From the NCBI GenBank assembly GCA_963829525.1, contig CAWHIJ010000003.1, positions 384,001 to 448,000 of the forward strand: a stretch of 64,000 nt of DNA. The letters run 5' to 3'. The notes under the pieces are model-generated. The model saw nothing but the letters and a program-made list of their open reading frames with translations, did no database searches and was not told where the DNA came from. Of the stretch, positions 19,267 to 29,814 are shown one piece after another (the stretch's first letter is position 1; every line of letters begins with the position of its first letter). The position numbers were made by a program, and so were the translations under genes. Source of the DNA: an uncultured Actinomycetota bacterium (GTDB lineage Bacteria; Actinomycetota; Actinomycetes; JAHEKZ01).

Positions 19267-19381
19267 GACCCAGGCAGAGGGAGCGTCGCACGATGGGTCT
19301 CCTTAGTCCCATTGGGAGGTGCCCAAGCATCAATCCTCTGACTAGGGTCAAGTCGTCGATCCGGTACCGAGGGAGCAGGCC

Positions 19382-19897
19382 ATGGGGCTCAGAGACCGCC
19401 GCGGCGGAGACTCGAAACAAACGTTCTGCATGCGTGAGAAGGTCTTCGCCATTGGCGACGACTACTGGATCGAGGATGCCGATGGGCAGAAGGTCTACAA
19501 GGTCGATGGCAAGGCGATCCGGTTCCGCGACACCTTCATCCTCGAGGACTCCAGTGGTGGCGAACTGGCGGTGATCAAGGAGAAGAAGCTCGCCGTCCGC
19601 GACACCATGACGATCGAGATCAGTGGCCGCGAGGCAAGGGTAAAGAAGCGGTTGATTGGCATTCGGGACCGCTACAACGTCGACTTCGACGAGGGCGACG
19701 ATTACACCGCCAAGGGCAACTTCGTCGACCACGAGTATGAGATCGAGCGCGACGGCGAGAAGGTCGCTGAGATCTCCAAGAAGTGGTTCCGAGTACGCGA
19801 TACCTACGGCGTCGAGATCTTGGGTGACCAAGACGTTGCGCTGATCCTGGCCGTCACCGTTTGCATTGACGCAATGTCCCACGACCTGGGCGCCTGA
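19382..19897 (+). CDS. LURP-one-related/YxjI (Tubby C-like) protein
   Basis: [48 protein letters not shown]. Confidence 0.88.
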   Translation: MGLRDRRGGDSKQTFCMREKVFAIGDDYWIEDADGQKVYKVDGKAIRFRDTFILEDSSGGELAVIKEKKLAVRDTMTIEISGREARVKKRLIGIRDRYNVDFDEGDDYTAKGNFVDHEYEIERDGEKVAEISKKWFRVRDTYGVEILGDQDVALILAVTVCIDAMSHDLGA

Positions 19898-19935
19898 CGC
19901 CTCCAGGAGCGACAAACAGAATCGAAAGGTTAGCC

Positions 19936-21330
19936 ATGCTGCATGAACGGCACCGCATCCGCAACAAGGGCGTCGACGAGATCTTCGCCTCATCTGACGT
20001 CTCGGTGGTTCTCCCGAAGTACCAGCTTCCCGAGCACGAGCAGGACCCGCGGCACACCTTCCGCTTAGTGGCCGACGAGCTCATGCTGGACGGCAACTCG
20101 CGGCAGAACCTCGCGACCTTCTGCCAGACCTGGTTGGAGCCGGAGGTCCATTTGCTGATGGATCTGACCATGGACAAGAACATGGTCGACAAGGATGAGT
20201 ACCCGCAGACGGCCGAGCTCGAAGAGCGATGTGTGCACATGCTCGCCGGCCTCTGGAACTCGCCGGCCACTGAGAACTCGATCGGAACATCGACAACTGG
20301 TTCAAGCGAAGCAGCGATGCTCGGGGGTATGGCGCTGCTCTGGAACTGGCGAGCCAGGCGTCGCGCGGATGGCAAGCCGACCGACCGGCCGAACCTGGTG
20401 ACTGGCCCTGTCCAGGTCTGTTGGCACAAGTTTGCTCGCTACTGGGACGTCGAACTTCGCGAGATCCCGATGGATGGGGATCGGCTCATCATGACGCCGG
20501 AAGAGGTGCTCAAGCGTGTTGACGAGAACACCATCGGCGTTGTGCCAACGCTGGGTGTGACCTTCACCGGCGACTTCGAACCGGTAGAGGAGGTGCATCG
20601 GGCGCTCGACCGGTTGCAGTCCGAGACTGGGCTCGATATTCCGATGCACGTCGATGGAGCGAGTGGCGCCTTCCTCGCCCCCTTCACAGCGCCGAATCTG
20701 ACCTGGGACTTCCGCCTTCCGAGGGTGAAGTCGATCAACGCGTCCGGGCACAAGTTCGGTCTCGCCCCGCTCGGCGTCGGCTGGATCGTGTGGCGCACCA
20801 AGGAAGACTTGCCCAAGGAGCTTGTCTTCGACGTGAACTACCTGGGCGGCAACATGCCCACGTTCGCGCTGAACTTCTCGCGCCCAGGCGGTCAGATCGC
20901 GGTTCAGTACTACAACTTCCTGCGCCTTGGTCACGAGGGTTATCGCAAGATCCACCAGCAGTGCTACGACATTGCGATGTACCTGGCCGAGGAGATCGAC
21001 CAACTAGGCCCGTTCGAGATCCTGAGCAACGGTGATCCCCACAAAGGAATTCCGGCGATCTCCTGGAAGCTGAAAGAGGGCATCGACCACGGCTTCACGC
21101 TCTTCGACCTGGCCGACAGGCTGCGTGCGAAGGGGTGGCAGGTGCCCGCCTACACGATGCCGGCCAACCGCGAGGACATGGCCGTCCAGCGGATCCTGGT
21201 TCGCCATGGGTTCAGCCGCGACTTGGCGGGCCTGCTGATGGATGACTACCGTGCTGCGCTGAGCCACTTTGCGGCGCACCCGATATCCACGCCACTGACT
21301 GAAGCCGAAGCAGGCGGCTTCACCCACTAG
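19936..21330 (+). CDS. gadB: Glutamate decarboxylase (PLP)
   Basis: [41 protein letters not shown] lysine, NFSRPG. Confidence 0.95.
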   Translation: MLHERHRIRNKGVDEIFASSDVSVVLPKYQLPEHEQDPRHTFRLVADELMLDGNSRQNLATFCQTWLEPEVHLLMDLTMDKNMVDKDEYPQTAELEERCVHMLAGLWNSPATENSIGTSTTGSSEAAMLGGMALLWNWRARRRADGKPTDRPNLVTGPVQVCWHKFARYWDVELREIPMDGDRLIMTPEEVLKRVDENTIGVVPTLGVTFTGDFEPVEEVHRALDRLQSETGLDIPMHVDGASGAFLAPFTAPNLTWDFRLPRVKSINASGHKFGLAPLGVGWIVWRTKEDLPKELVFDVNYLGGNMPTFALNFSRPGGQIAVQYYNFLRLGHEGYRKIHQQCYDIAMYLAEEIDQLGPFEILSNGDPHKGIPAISWKLKEGIDHGFTLFDLADRLRAKGWQVPAYTMPANREDMAVQRILVRHGFSRDLAGLLMDDYRAALSHFAAHPISTPLTEAEAGGFTH

Positions 21331-22909
21331 GGACAGCGTCGACCTCGAGGTAGGAGGCGACCAATGCATTCTCGGCGTCCTTGCGCGGGAACTTCCAGGC
21401 GACAAGAGCGGCGCCTAGGACCACCGCGATGATTCCGGCCGTGTATGCCCATTGGTCGCCCTGGAGGAAGGACTCTCGGGCCGCGTCGATGATGGCCTGG
21501 GAGTACTTCGGGTATTGGGCGGCAACCGCTTCGGCCCCGTCGAACGATTTCGTGAGCTGAGCTTGGGTCGACGCTGTGACTTGGTTCGCGTCTGGTGAGT
21601 TTCCGATGGCAGCGGTTGCTGCAGCCGCGTAGCCAGCCGTCAGTAGCGCACCGAAGATCGACTGCATCAAGGCTCCGCCGAGGTCGCGTTGCAAGTCGGC
21701 GGTGCCTGACGCCATGCCGACGCGCCGAACTGGTACCGAACCAGTCAAGGAGTGCGAGGCGGGCGTTCCGGCAAATCCGACTCCGGCCCCCACGAAGGCA
21801 TATCCGAGTCCAACGACCCAGTACGGCGAGCTCTCCTTCCACAGCAACAGCATCGTCAGGAAACCGAGGACGACAAAGACGTACCCCACCAGAAGCGTGA
21901 ACCGCGAGCCGTGGGAGTCGACGAGCTTGGCGGACCTCGGAGCAATGAGCACCATGAAAACGACAGCTGGAAGGATCGCCGCGCCCGCCTCGAGGGTGTT
22001 GTAGCCGAGAACGTTCTGCAGGTACTGCTGACCGATAAACATGGCCCCCATGAGCGACCCGAAGACGACGATGCCAGCGACCGCAGCCACCCAGAACGTC
22101 GGCCGAGCGGCAACCGTGAGGTCGTAGAGCGGGTTTGCAGCACGGCGTTGCCGAAACCAGAAGGCGATGAGGGCGGTCAAGGAGATGAGCGCCAGGCCGA
22201 TAGCGAGAGTGGCAGCATCTGGAACGACCGCAAAGTTGATGGCCAGGACAAGGCCGCCGACCAGGAAGATCGACAGGACACCGCCGAGGTTGTCCACAGG
22301 CTCGGTGCCTTCGTTGACGTGCGCGGGAACCAGTTGCCATGCCATCAGGAAGGCGACAACGGCCAACGGAAGGGTGACGAGGAAGACCGAGCCCCACCAG
22401 AAGTGCTCGAGCAAGAATCCTGAGGTCAAAGGTCCGAGAGCGGAGATTGCACCGCCCAGCGCCGACCAGAGCGCAATGGTCTTGGTGCGCTCAGAACCGG
22501 CCCAGAGCGCGGTGATCAGGGCGAGTGTTGTCGGGTAGGCCATGCCCGCGGACACCCCGCCTAGAATACGAGCCCCGATCAGAATCTCGATCGTTGGTGC
22601 GTAGGCCGCCAGCAGGCATGCCGGCACGGACAAGGCGACACCGAGCAAGAGCATCAACTTGCGGCCGTGGCGGTCTCCGAGTGCACCGAGATAGAGAACC
22701 GATGCGGCCAGACCAAGCGAGTACCCGACGGCGACGAGATTCAGCTGGGTCTGGCTGGCGTCGAAGGCTTGACCGATCGAAGGCAGCGCGACGTTGGCCA
22801 CCGCCAGATTGAGGTTGGCCACCGCCGCCCCGAGGATGAGGGCGGTCAGCACTAGTCCGGCTCGCGCCGGGGTGTTCGCTCTCGCGGACGGTGAATCAGC
22901 CGAAGACAC
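21320..22909 (-). CDS. MFS transporter (DHA2, 14-TM)
   Basis: [10 protein letters not shown] motif [18 protein letters not shown] start at 22909. Confidence 0.88.
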   Translation of the reverse strand: MSSADSPSARANTPARAGLVLTALILGAAVANLNLAVANVALPSIGQAFDASQTQLNLVAVGYSLGLAASVLYLGALGDRHGRKLMLLLGVALSVPACLLAAYAPTIEILIGARILGGVSAGMAYPTTLALITALWAGSERTKTIALWSALGGAISALGPLTSGFLLEHFWWGSVFLVTLPLAVVAFLMAWQLVPAHVNEGTEPVDNLGGVLSIFLVGGLVLAINFAVVPDAATLAIGLALISLTALIAFWFRQRRAANPLYDLTVAARPTFWVAAVAGIVVFGSLMGAMFIGQQYLQNVLGYNTLEAGAAILPAVVFMVLIAPRSAKLVDSHGSRFTLLVGYVFVVLGFLTMLLLWKESSPYWVVGLGYAFVGAGVGFAGTPASHSLTGSVPVRRVGMASGTADLQRDLGGALMQSIFGALLTAGYAAAATAAIGNSPDANQVTASTQAQLTKSFDGAEAVAAQYPKYSQAIIDAARESFLQGDQWAYTAGIIAVVLGAALVAWKFPRKDAENALVASYLEVDAVPSG

Positions 22910-24089
22910 TGCTGCTCCCAGGGGTTGCGGTGTTCGTGCGGGGTCGTCCCCTGATCTGCAGGGCAGCGAACGGGAAGACAGCGACGGAGAGTACTCCGGC
23001 GCCAACGAGCGCGGCTCCGTTCTCGGGAAGCATGGTTCCGTTCGTCATGCTCACCTCGGTGATCGCGACGATGAGCGGCAGGCCCGTCGCCATCATGAAC
23101 ATCAGCTGAAGTCGCTCGGAGCGTGGGAGCTCGCGTCGGTACACCACGAGCGCCGGGAGGCCTCGAACCAGCAGGAGCAGTATGAAGAAGACCACGAGCC
23201 GTCCGGGGTTCTCGATGATCGACGTGAGGTCGAGACCCATGCCCGACGAGATGAAGAAGATCGGGACGAAGAAGCCGTAGCCGACGGTATCGAGCTTGTG
23301 GAGGAGCCCGACCGAGCCGAGCGTGGTCTCGTTGCTCGACCTCCGCAGGACCATCCCGGCGAGGAAGGCACCGAGGACGATGTCGAGCCCGAAGTCGGCC
23401 GTCAGCAAGAGGGCGCCGAGCAGCAGAGTGATCGTCCATCGCAGAACCGACTGCGTCGTGTCCTCAGAGGTCGCGGACACGATCTTTCCGACGCGAGTGT
23501 CCTCCACCCAGGACGGAATACGCGTGAGGAGCCACGCGAGAAGCACGACCGTCATGATCGCGAGCGCTGACTGCCATGATCCGTTCGCGCTCAGGAAGAG
23601 CGAGATAGCCAGGACCGGTCCGAGCTCGCCGACCGCCCCTGAGGCGAACAGGTGCTGACCAAATGCTCCGCCGAGCATGTCGTTGTCCCGCAGGATGGGG
23701 AGCAAGGTGCCGAGAGCAGTCGTGGTGAGTGCAAGCGACACCGGAATGAACGCCCTGACGAATCCGGTCGCCTCGAGAATGCCAACGACGACGAGCGCGA
23801 CGGCAACCGAGATGCCCCAGGCTCGGAGGGCCATTCGCCCGGGGCGCTGGCGGAGCAGGAGCGGCGGTAGCTCGTATCCGGCCAGGAGGAAGAGGAAACC
23901 CAGGCCGACGTCGGAGAGCAGGGTGAGCTCGCTGCGATCGGCCCACCCGAGGATCTCCGGGCCGATCAAGATCCCGCCGGCGAGCAGGAGTACGACCTGG
24001 GGGACGGCCACCGGCAGCAGCCGGCCCACGACGGGCACGAGGGCAGCCACGATCATCACGACGAAGAGCGACTCGAGCTGGTCGGTCAT
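22896..24089 (-). CDS. Cation:proton antiporter (CPA2)
   Basis: GILIGP, GFLFLLAGYE, TTTALG, LGAFLAG, PIFFISSG. Confidence 0.88.
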   Translation of the reverse strand: MTDQLESLFVVMIVAALVPVVGRLLPVAVPQVVLLLAGGILIGPEILGWADRSELTLLSDVGLGFLFLLAGYELPPLLLRQRPGRMALRAWGISVAVALVVVGILEATGFVRAFIPVSLALTTTALGTLLPILRDNDMLGGAFGQHLFASGAVGELGPVLAISLFLSANGSWQSALAIMTVVLLAWLLTRIPSWVEDTRVGKIVSATSEDTTQSVLRWTITLLLGALLLTADFGLDIVLGAFLAGMVLRRSSNETTLGSVGLLHKLDTVGYGFFVPIFFISSGMGLDLTSIIENPGRLVVFFILLLLVRGLPALVVYRRELPRSERLQLMFMMATGLPLIVAITEVSMTNGTMLPENGAALVGAGVLSVAVFPFAALQIRGRPRTNTATPGSSSVFG

Positions 24090-24247
24090 GGGTCTCCAGG
24101 TCGTCAAGCCTGATGAACATGTCTGCGATCCTCGGGGGTCGCCGGCAGGAATCTACTCCCTGAGGGAGCTGAGGCAATCGCGCGTGAGCAGTATTCTGTG
24201 GGTGCTCAAGGCGCGGAATCGGGAGCAACGGCTGCGATACTGCGGCA

Positions 24248-24610
24248 ATGACACGCATCGGGCTCGCGGTGACTCTGTCATCGGTGGCACTGGTAGTCGC
24301 CGGCTGTGGCACTAGCGGTGAAAAGCAGGTCCAGCAGATGACCGAGACGTTGGTCAACACTGCCGCCTCCACACAGGGGCAGGCCGAGCTCGCGGGTGTG
24401 GGAGTCGAGGTGTCTGGCCCGCTCTCATGCCAGACGACTCCCAAGGGGGATACGTTCGACGTGGCTTGCAGCGGCACGAGTATCGATAGTCGACCGGTCA
24501 CTGTCACCGGCAATGCCACGTCGTTACCCGGTGGCACTTCGGTCCAGGGCAGCTTCGTCGGGACAGCTGACGGAACGCAGGTCTTTTCCCTCGACTGCCT
24601 GGGGTGCTGA
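24248..24610 (+). CDS. Hypothetical lipoprotein
   Basis: VAGC lipobox, Cys-containing beta-rich domain ending DCLGC. Confidence 0.7.
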   Translation: MTRIGLAVTLSSVALVVAGCGTSGEKQVQQMTETLVNTAASTQGQAELAGVGVEVSGPLSCQTTPKGDTFDVACSGTSIDSRPVTVTGNATSLPGGTSVQGSFVGTADGTQVFSLDCLGC

Positions 24611-24671
24611 GATCCCAAGTTACGAAGGCTGGCGGCCACTAGGCTCTGCGCATTCCAGGTAGGAGCATCAG

Positions 24672-26801
24672 ATGAGTGGATTCGCCGAAAGACGCCGCCG
24701 CGAGAGGGAGTTGGCCGCCGCCCTGGCGGGCCGTTCGCCCGATGATCGGCGTGGGTACGTCCGGGCGATCGTGGGTAACTACCTCGCAACTTGGGCAGTC
24801 CTGGCGATCACGATCGCGCTTTCGCCCGGTATCTACCCGCAGGAGTGGTGGGCGGTCCCCCTGGCTGCGCTGCTCTTCTCGCTCTTCGCGCCAGTAACGC
24901 AGTTGCTGCTTGCGAGGTTCGCGCTTCTCTTCGGCTGGGTCGGTGCGCTCTTCTTGGCGGTGTTCGCCAACGCGATCGTCATCGACATCATCTTGAACCT
25001 GACGCCCGGCATGGTGGTCGGCAGCTTCTGGGAGACCTTCGTCGCATCGTGGATCTACGCGCTGGTCGCATCGGCCCTGACGTGGGTCTTCTCCTCCAAC
25101 TCTCAGAACTACCTGCTGGTTCACGCGGCCCGGATGAGCATGCGCGACATGCCGTCGGAGAAGTTCGCGGAACCGGGGGTGCTCTTCCTGCAGCTCGACG
25201 GAGTGCCAGAGCCGGTCCTCCGCTGGCATGTGCAGGCCGGGAATGTCCCCACCATCAGCAGGTGGCTGCGGACGGGGACGCACCGAATGGACGCATGGGT
25301 GGCTGCGCTGCCATCGACGACCCCGGTCAGCCAAGCTGGAATCCTGCATGGCAACAACGACAACATCCCTGCCTTCCGCTGGTACGAGAAGGAGACGGGA
25401 GACCTGGTGGTGGCCAACCACCCTCCGGATGCGGCCTTGATTGAGTCGCGCGTCAGCGACGGGCGAGGGTTGCTTGCCGACGACGGCGTCAGCATCAGCA
25501 ACCTGTTCTCCGGTGACGCTCCGATCTCGCTGTTGACGATGAGCGGGATGAAACAGCCAAAGGAGGGGCTTGGCCCCTCCAAGTCCTACGCGGCATTCTT
25601 CACTCACCCAGCAGGCCTGGTCCGAGCGATCGTCATGACCATCGCCGAGATGCTCAAAGAGCTGTACCAGGCGCGGCAGCAACGACGACGCGGGATCGAG
25701 CCCCGCATCAACCGGCACGGCAGCTACGTGCTGCTGCGTGGTGTCACCAACGTCCTGCTGCGCGACCTCAACACGGCGCTGGTCGTCGAGTCGATGATGC
25801 GTGGGGTGAAGTCGATTTACGTCGACTACGTCGACTACGACGAGATCGCGCACCACGCCGGGGTCGTACGGCGCGAGTCCACCGACGCGCTCTTTGGCCT
25901 CGACCGTGTCGTGTCGTCCTTGGAACGTGTGGCGAAGTCGGGGGTGACCCCGCGGCCCTATGAAATCGTGCTGGTCTCCGACCACGGGCAGAGTCAGGGA
26001 GCAACCTTCCTCCAGCGGTATGGACAGGGCCTCCAGCAGCTTGTCGAGGAGCTGATGGGGGAGTCGGACACGGCATCGTCGGTCTCCGACATAGAGGGAT
26101 GGGGTCCGGTCAACGTGCTCATCGGACAGATCTCCGCCCAGGGGTCGGTCACCGGCAAGGTGGCCGCGCGCGCGGTTCGTAGTCGCGACGCCGACAGTTC
26201 TCTAGGCCCGCTCTCGGCGGACAAGGAGGCCGCTGAGGTGGAGGGCACTGAGGATCGGCCGGCCCTGGCCGTGGTCGGCTCCGGCAATCTCGGTGGGATC
26301 TGGTTTCCGCGCTTGGACGGGCGGCAGACGGTGGCGCAGATCGAGTCCGTCTACCCGGGGCTGCTCGCCGGGATGGTCACCCATCCCGGAATCTCCTTCG
26401 CAACGGTCATGGCAGATGCCGGTCCGGTGGCGATCGGGGAGGGCGGCAGCATCGACCTTCGCACCGGCGTCGTCTCGGGGGAGAACCCGCTCGAAGCCTT
26501 CGGACCACATGCGCAAGGAGATCTGCTCCGTATCGCGGAGTTCTCCAACGCGCCGGACATCTACCTCAACTCGCTGTACGACGCGAGCACCGACGAGGTC
26601 GCAGCCTTTGAGGAGCTGGTCGGCTGCCACGGCGGACTTGGGGGGTGGCAGACCCAGCCCATGATCGTGCACCCCAGTGGCTGGGCCATTGACGCCGACC
26701 TGACCGATCAGCAGGGACGCCTGCACGGGGCGCCGAACGTCTACCGCCAATTCGTTCGCTGGTTGGAGCAGCAGGGGCACCGGCAAGATCTCCCTGACTG
26801 A
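24672..26801 (+). CDS. Phage-holin-like 4-TM domain fused to alkaline phosphatase/phosphodiesterase superfamily domain
   Basis: N-terminal 4 TM, then LQLDG, STTPVSQ, YDEIAHH, VSDHGQ, GCHGGLGG metal-site motifs. Confidence 0.85.
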   Translation: MSGFAERRRRERELAAALAGRSPDDRRGYVRAIVGNYLATWAVLAITIALSPGIYPQEWWAVPLAALLFSLFAPVTQLLLARFALLFGWVGALFLAVFANAIVIDIILNLTPGMVVGSFWETFVASWIYALVASALTWVFSSNSQNYLLVHAARMSMRDMPSEKFAEPGVLFLQLDGVPEPVLRWHVQAGNVPTISRWLRTGTHRMDAWVAALPSTTPVSQAGILHGNNDNIPAFRWYEKETGDLVVANHPPDAALIESRVSDGRGLLADDGVSISNLFSGDAPISLLTMSGMKQPKEGLGPSKSYAAFFTHPAGLVRAIVMTIAEMLKELYQARQQRRRGIEPRINRHGSYVLLRGVTNVLLRDLNTALVVESMMRGVKSIYVDYVDYDEIAHHAGVVRRESTDALFGLDRVVSSLERVAKSGVTPRPYEIVLVSDHGQSQGATFLQRYGQGLQQLVEELMGESDTASSVSDIEGWGPVNVLIGQISAQGSVTGKVAARAVRSRDADSSLGPLSADKEAAEVEGTEDRPALAVVGSGNLGGIWFPRLDGRQTVAQIESVYPGLLAGMVTHPGISFATVMADAGPVAIGEGGSIDLRTGVVSGENPLEAFGPHAQGDLLRIAEFSNAPDIYLNSLYDASTDEVAAFEELVGCHGGLGGWQTQPMIVHPSGWAIDADLTDQQGRLHGAPNVYRQFVRWLEQQGHRQDLPD

Positions 26802-26803
26802 TT

Positions 26804-26820
26804 TCATCCCGCCCGGACGA
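26804..26820. promoter_or_regulatory. Imperfect palindrome TCATCC-N5-GGACGA, possible LuxR/MalT-like site
   Basis: Similar to the box at 29815-29831. Both precede small membrane protein genes flanking the regulator. Confidence 0.35.
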
Positions 26821-26907
26821 GGGTTGGAGGAGCCTTGTCAGCCCTGCTGTGCCACGATAATGGCCGGTCGGGGCCAGTCGGGCTCCGCCGTCTGAAAGGG
26901 ATTCCCC

Positions 26908-27282
26908 GTGGATTTCTGGGACATCATCTGGTTCATCATCGTGACGTTCGCCTTCGTGGCGTACCTCATGGTGCTCTTCTCGATCCTGAGCGACCTCTTC
27001 CGGGACAAGGACACCGGTGGCCTTGCCAAGGCGATCTGGGTCATTGCACTGATCTTTTTCCCGTTCTTCACGGCCCTGATCTACCTGATCGCCCGTGGCC
27101 AGGGAATGGCCGAGCGCAACGTGAAGGCCGCCAAGCAGATGCAGGACACGCAGAGCGCCTACATCCGTGACGTGGCTGGCAGCTCTCCGGCCGACCAGAT
27201 CCACAAGGCGAAGGAGCTCCTCGACTCCGGTGCGATCTCGCAGGCGGAGTACGACGCCATCAAGGCGAAGGCCCTCGCCTAG
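26908..27282 (+). CDS. SHOCT domain membrane protein with PLDc_N-like N-terminus
   Basis: Paralog of 963-1349. DLFRDKDTGGLAKAIW..KAKELLDSGAISQAEYDAIKAKALA. Confidence 0.87.
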   Translation: MDFWDIIWFIIVTFAFVAYLMVLFSILSDLFRDKDTGGLAKAIWVIALIFFPFFTALIYLIARGQGMAERNVKAAKQMQDTQSAYIRDVAGSSPADQIHKAKELLDSGAISQAEYDAIKAKALA

Positions 27283-27299
27283 ATCTCCCGCCTAGGTAT

Positions 27300-27333
27300 A
27301 CCGAAGCGCCGCCCTTAGGGGCGGCGCTTCGGT
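27300..27333. terminator. Bidirectional intrinsic terminator
   Basis: Perfect 15-bp stem ACCGAAGCGCCGCCC-TTAG-GGGCGGCGCTTCGGT between convergent genes. Confidence 0.8.
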
Positions 27334-27343
27334 GTATATGGGG

Positions 27344-27460
27344 TCAGCGGCAGCCGCAGCGTTCGGACGGCGTGACGGAGCCGAGCACCTGGTCGGCGTG
27401 CATGCCGCAGCCGCTCCATGTGACCTTGCCGCAGCTACGGCAGTTGGCGGGACTGCACAT
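27344..27460 (-). CDS. 38-aa Cys-rich microprotein (putative metal-binding)
   Basis: MCSPANCRSCGKVTWSGCGMHADQVLGSVTPSERCGCR*, GGAGG RBS 7 nt upstream, 6 Cys + 1 His. Confidence 0.8.
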   Translation of the reverse strand: MCSPANCRSCGKVTWSGCGMHADQVLGSVTPSERCGCR

Positions 27461-27498
27461 CTGAAGACCTCCTGGGCGGGATTGACGGTTTGCAGAGA

Positions 27499-27514
27499 AT
27501 ACCCTGGGGGGTAT
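27499..27514. promoter_or_regulatory. CsoR/RicR/CstR-family operator
   Basis: ATACCC-TGGG-GGGTAT palindrome with C/G tracts, overlapping a minus-strand TATTCT -10 of the microprotein gene. Confidence 0.7.
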
Positions 27515-27598
27515 GTAATGTGCGAGTCGGGTGTGCCCGCCGTGCTGACGGGGCCGGGTAGTTGAGCGCTCACAGGTCGGGTTCCCTACCCTTACGCC

Positions 27599-29797
27599 AT
27601 GACTGCTGATCCCGAGCCGCCCTGGGTATCGGTCGAGCGGGTTCGGGTTCTCAACCAGATGGCGGCGGCGCCGGAAGCCCGCGTCATCACGCTGAGCGCC
27701 ACGGCCGGCTCTGGGAAGTCGACCATCCTGGCCCAGTGGAGTGAGCGCTGGCGCACCGAACGTGCCGGCCAGGTCGTGTGGCTCGATGTTCCCCCACGTG
27801 CTGACAGCCGTGAGCTGGCCGACCGGCTTGCCGAGGCCCTGACAGTCACCAGGATGGATTCTGGTCGTGAGCCGTTGCCGCCCGCCTACGACGAACCCAC
27901 GTGGCACGCAGCCACGATGCCGTCCCTCCGGGCACTGCTCGATGAGCATGGGGTGCCCCTGCTCGTCGTGATCGACGACGCGATGAATCTGACCGACCCG
28001 TTGGCCTCCAGTCTTCTCGAGACAGTGCTCGCCGGCCTACCCGCTGACTCGCAGCTGGCGATGGGGACGCGAGACGCGACGCCGTACGCAGCGCGTCGCC
28101 TGCGCGCCAGTGGCCGCACGCTCGAGCTCGGTGGTCCCGACCTGGCCATGGACGCCGAGGAGGCCCGGGCGCTGCTGGCAGAGATCGCGGTCGAGGTCGG
28201 TGAGCGACAGCTCGACGTAGTCCTCGAGCGCACCGAGGGTTGGCCGGTCGGCCTCTACCTGTTGGGCAGAGCCCTCCTCAGCGAGTCGGACCTGCTCGAG
28301 GTCGAAGGCCCTCCGGGACTTACGCCTGGGTGGATCGCCGACTATCTGCGCGACGAGCTCTTCGCCGCTCTACCCCAGGACGCTCGCGAGTTCCTCGTCA
28401 AGGTGTCGGTGGTCGGCGACCTCTGCGGCCCCGTGTGCGACGCGGTCGTCGGACGCCCGGGTTCACTCGAGCTGCTCCGAGGGTTGTCGGCCCAGAACCA
28501 TCTGATCAAGCGCTCCGACCGAGCGGATGAGTGCTACCGGCTCCACCATCTCTTCTCGGACTTCCTGAGGTCTGAGCTCTACGCCCGGTCGATCCCCGAG
28601 TTCCACGAGATGAATCGCCGCGCGTGGGAGTGGTACGCGAGTCAGGGCGAGGACGACTTGGCGGTTACTCACGCCAAGGAGATGGGCGATGACGAGGCGC
28701 TCGCGCGCTTCGTCTGGGAGCGCACCTGGCGGCTGCTGACATCGGGTCGAATGCCCGTCGCGCGTCGGTGGCTCGAAGGGCTCGACGAGCGCAGGGTGGC
28801 AGGTCAGATCGGGCTGGTCCTCTCGAAGTTCTACGTCAGCATCCACGAAGGGTCGATGGAGACGACGCTGCAGATGGCCGCGCTTGTGCGTGGCCATCTG
28901 GCGGACGATTCCTTGGGGGACGCCGATCGCGCCCACTGTCTTGTCGCCGATGCACTTCTCGGCGAGGCCGGCCTTGCCACGATCGTGCGTCAAACCAGTG
29001 AGGCGCTAGAGACACTGGAGAAGACTGCAGATCCTTGGGTCACCGTTGCTCTCTTCCTTCGGGGTGTCGCCTCTCTGTACCTCGGTGACACGAACGCGGC
29101 GGTAGTCGACCTCGAAGAAGGCGTCGAGCACTGCATCGAGCTCGGCGTCAAGGACATGCACGCGCATTGCCTTGCTGCCCTGGCCGCCACTCGGCTCGCT
29201 TCCGGAGACGCCACCGCAGCGGTGTCGCAGATCGAGCAGGCGCGCTCCATCGTATTCGCCACCAGCCTGGAGAACATCCCGGCGATTGCCCCGATCTTCT
29301 CGGTGGCTGCGTCGGTGATGGTCGTTTCCGGGCGCCATGATGACGCCGTCGATGATGCTGTGAGGGCGCTCCGGCTGACGTCCCTGATCGGGGCCATTGC
29401 CCCGTGGCATGCGGTTGGCGGCAGACTCACCCTGGCCAACGTCTTCTGGCAGCTCGGGGACCGCCAGCGTGCCGCCGTCCTGATCGATGAGGCGCGAAAG
29501 CGCTACGGGCCCGCCGCTCAGGGCCCGGTGTTCGACGTGATGCTCAAAGAGGCAGAGATGCTCGTGGCCGACCTCGAGACCTCTCGGACTGGGCCATCCC
29601 TGCTGACCACCGCCGAGCTCAAGGTGCTGCAGTACCTGCCGAGCCACCTGTCCTTCCCTGAGATCGGCCAGAAGCTCTACCTCTCGCGCCATACGGTCAA
29701 GAGCCAGGCGTTGTCTGCGTACCGAAAGCTGGGTGTCTCGTCTCGTAGCCAGGCGGTCGACAGGGCGCACGAGCTCGGCCTCCTCGCGTCGCGCTGA
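27599..29797 (+). CDS. MalT-like STAND ATPase/LuxR transcriptional regulator
   Basis: ATAGSGKS Walker A, VVIDD, TEGWPVGL, YRLHHLF, C-terminal HTH LTTAELKVL..HTVKSQ..YRKLGVSSR. Confidence 0.9.
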   Translation: MTADPEPPWVSVERVRVLNQMAAAPEARVITLSATAGSGKSTILAQWSERWRTERAGQVVWLDVPPRADSRELADRLAEALTVTRMDSGREPLPPAYDEPTWHAATMPSLRALLDEHGVPLLVVIDDAMNLTDPLASSLLETVLAGLPADSQLAMGTRDATPYAARRLRASGRTLELGGPDLAMDAEEARALLAEIAVEVGERQLDVVLERTEGWPVGLYLLGRALLSESDLLEVEGPPGLTPGWIADYLRDELFAALPQDAREFLVKVSVVGDLCGPVCDAVVGRPGSLELLRGLSAQNHLIKRSDRADECYRLHHLFSDFLRSELYARSIPEFHEMNRRAWEWYASQGEDDLAVTHAKEMGDDEALARFVWERTWRLLTSGRMPVARRWLEGLDERRVAGQIGLVLSKFYVSIHEGSMETTLQMAALVRGHLADDSLGDADRAHCLVADALLGEAGLATIVRQTSEALETLEKTADPWVTVALFLRGVASLYLGDTNAAVVDLEEGVEHCIELGVKDMHAHCLAALAATRLASGDATAAVSQIEQARSIVFATSLENIPAIAPIFSVAASVMVVSGRHDDAVDDAVRALRLTSLIGAIAPWHAVGGRLTLANVFWQLGDRQRAAVLIDEARKRYGPAAQGPVFDVMLKEAEMLVADLETSRTGPSLLTTAELKVLQYLPSHLSFPEIGQKLYLSRHTVKSQALSAYRKLGVSSRSQAVDRAHELGLLASR

Positions 29798-29814
29798 GCT
29801 CATGGAGGCGCAAA

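Noticed and set aside
24672-25140. Holin-like domain as evidence of a prophage
   Set aside because: No endolysin, structural or integrase genes nearby, and the domain is fused to a phosphodiesterase
27344-27949. 201-aa minus-strand ORF
   Set aside because: Mostly antisense to the MalT-like gene; only the last 38 codons have an RBS and protein-like content
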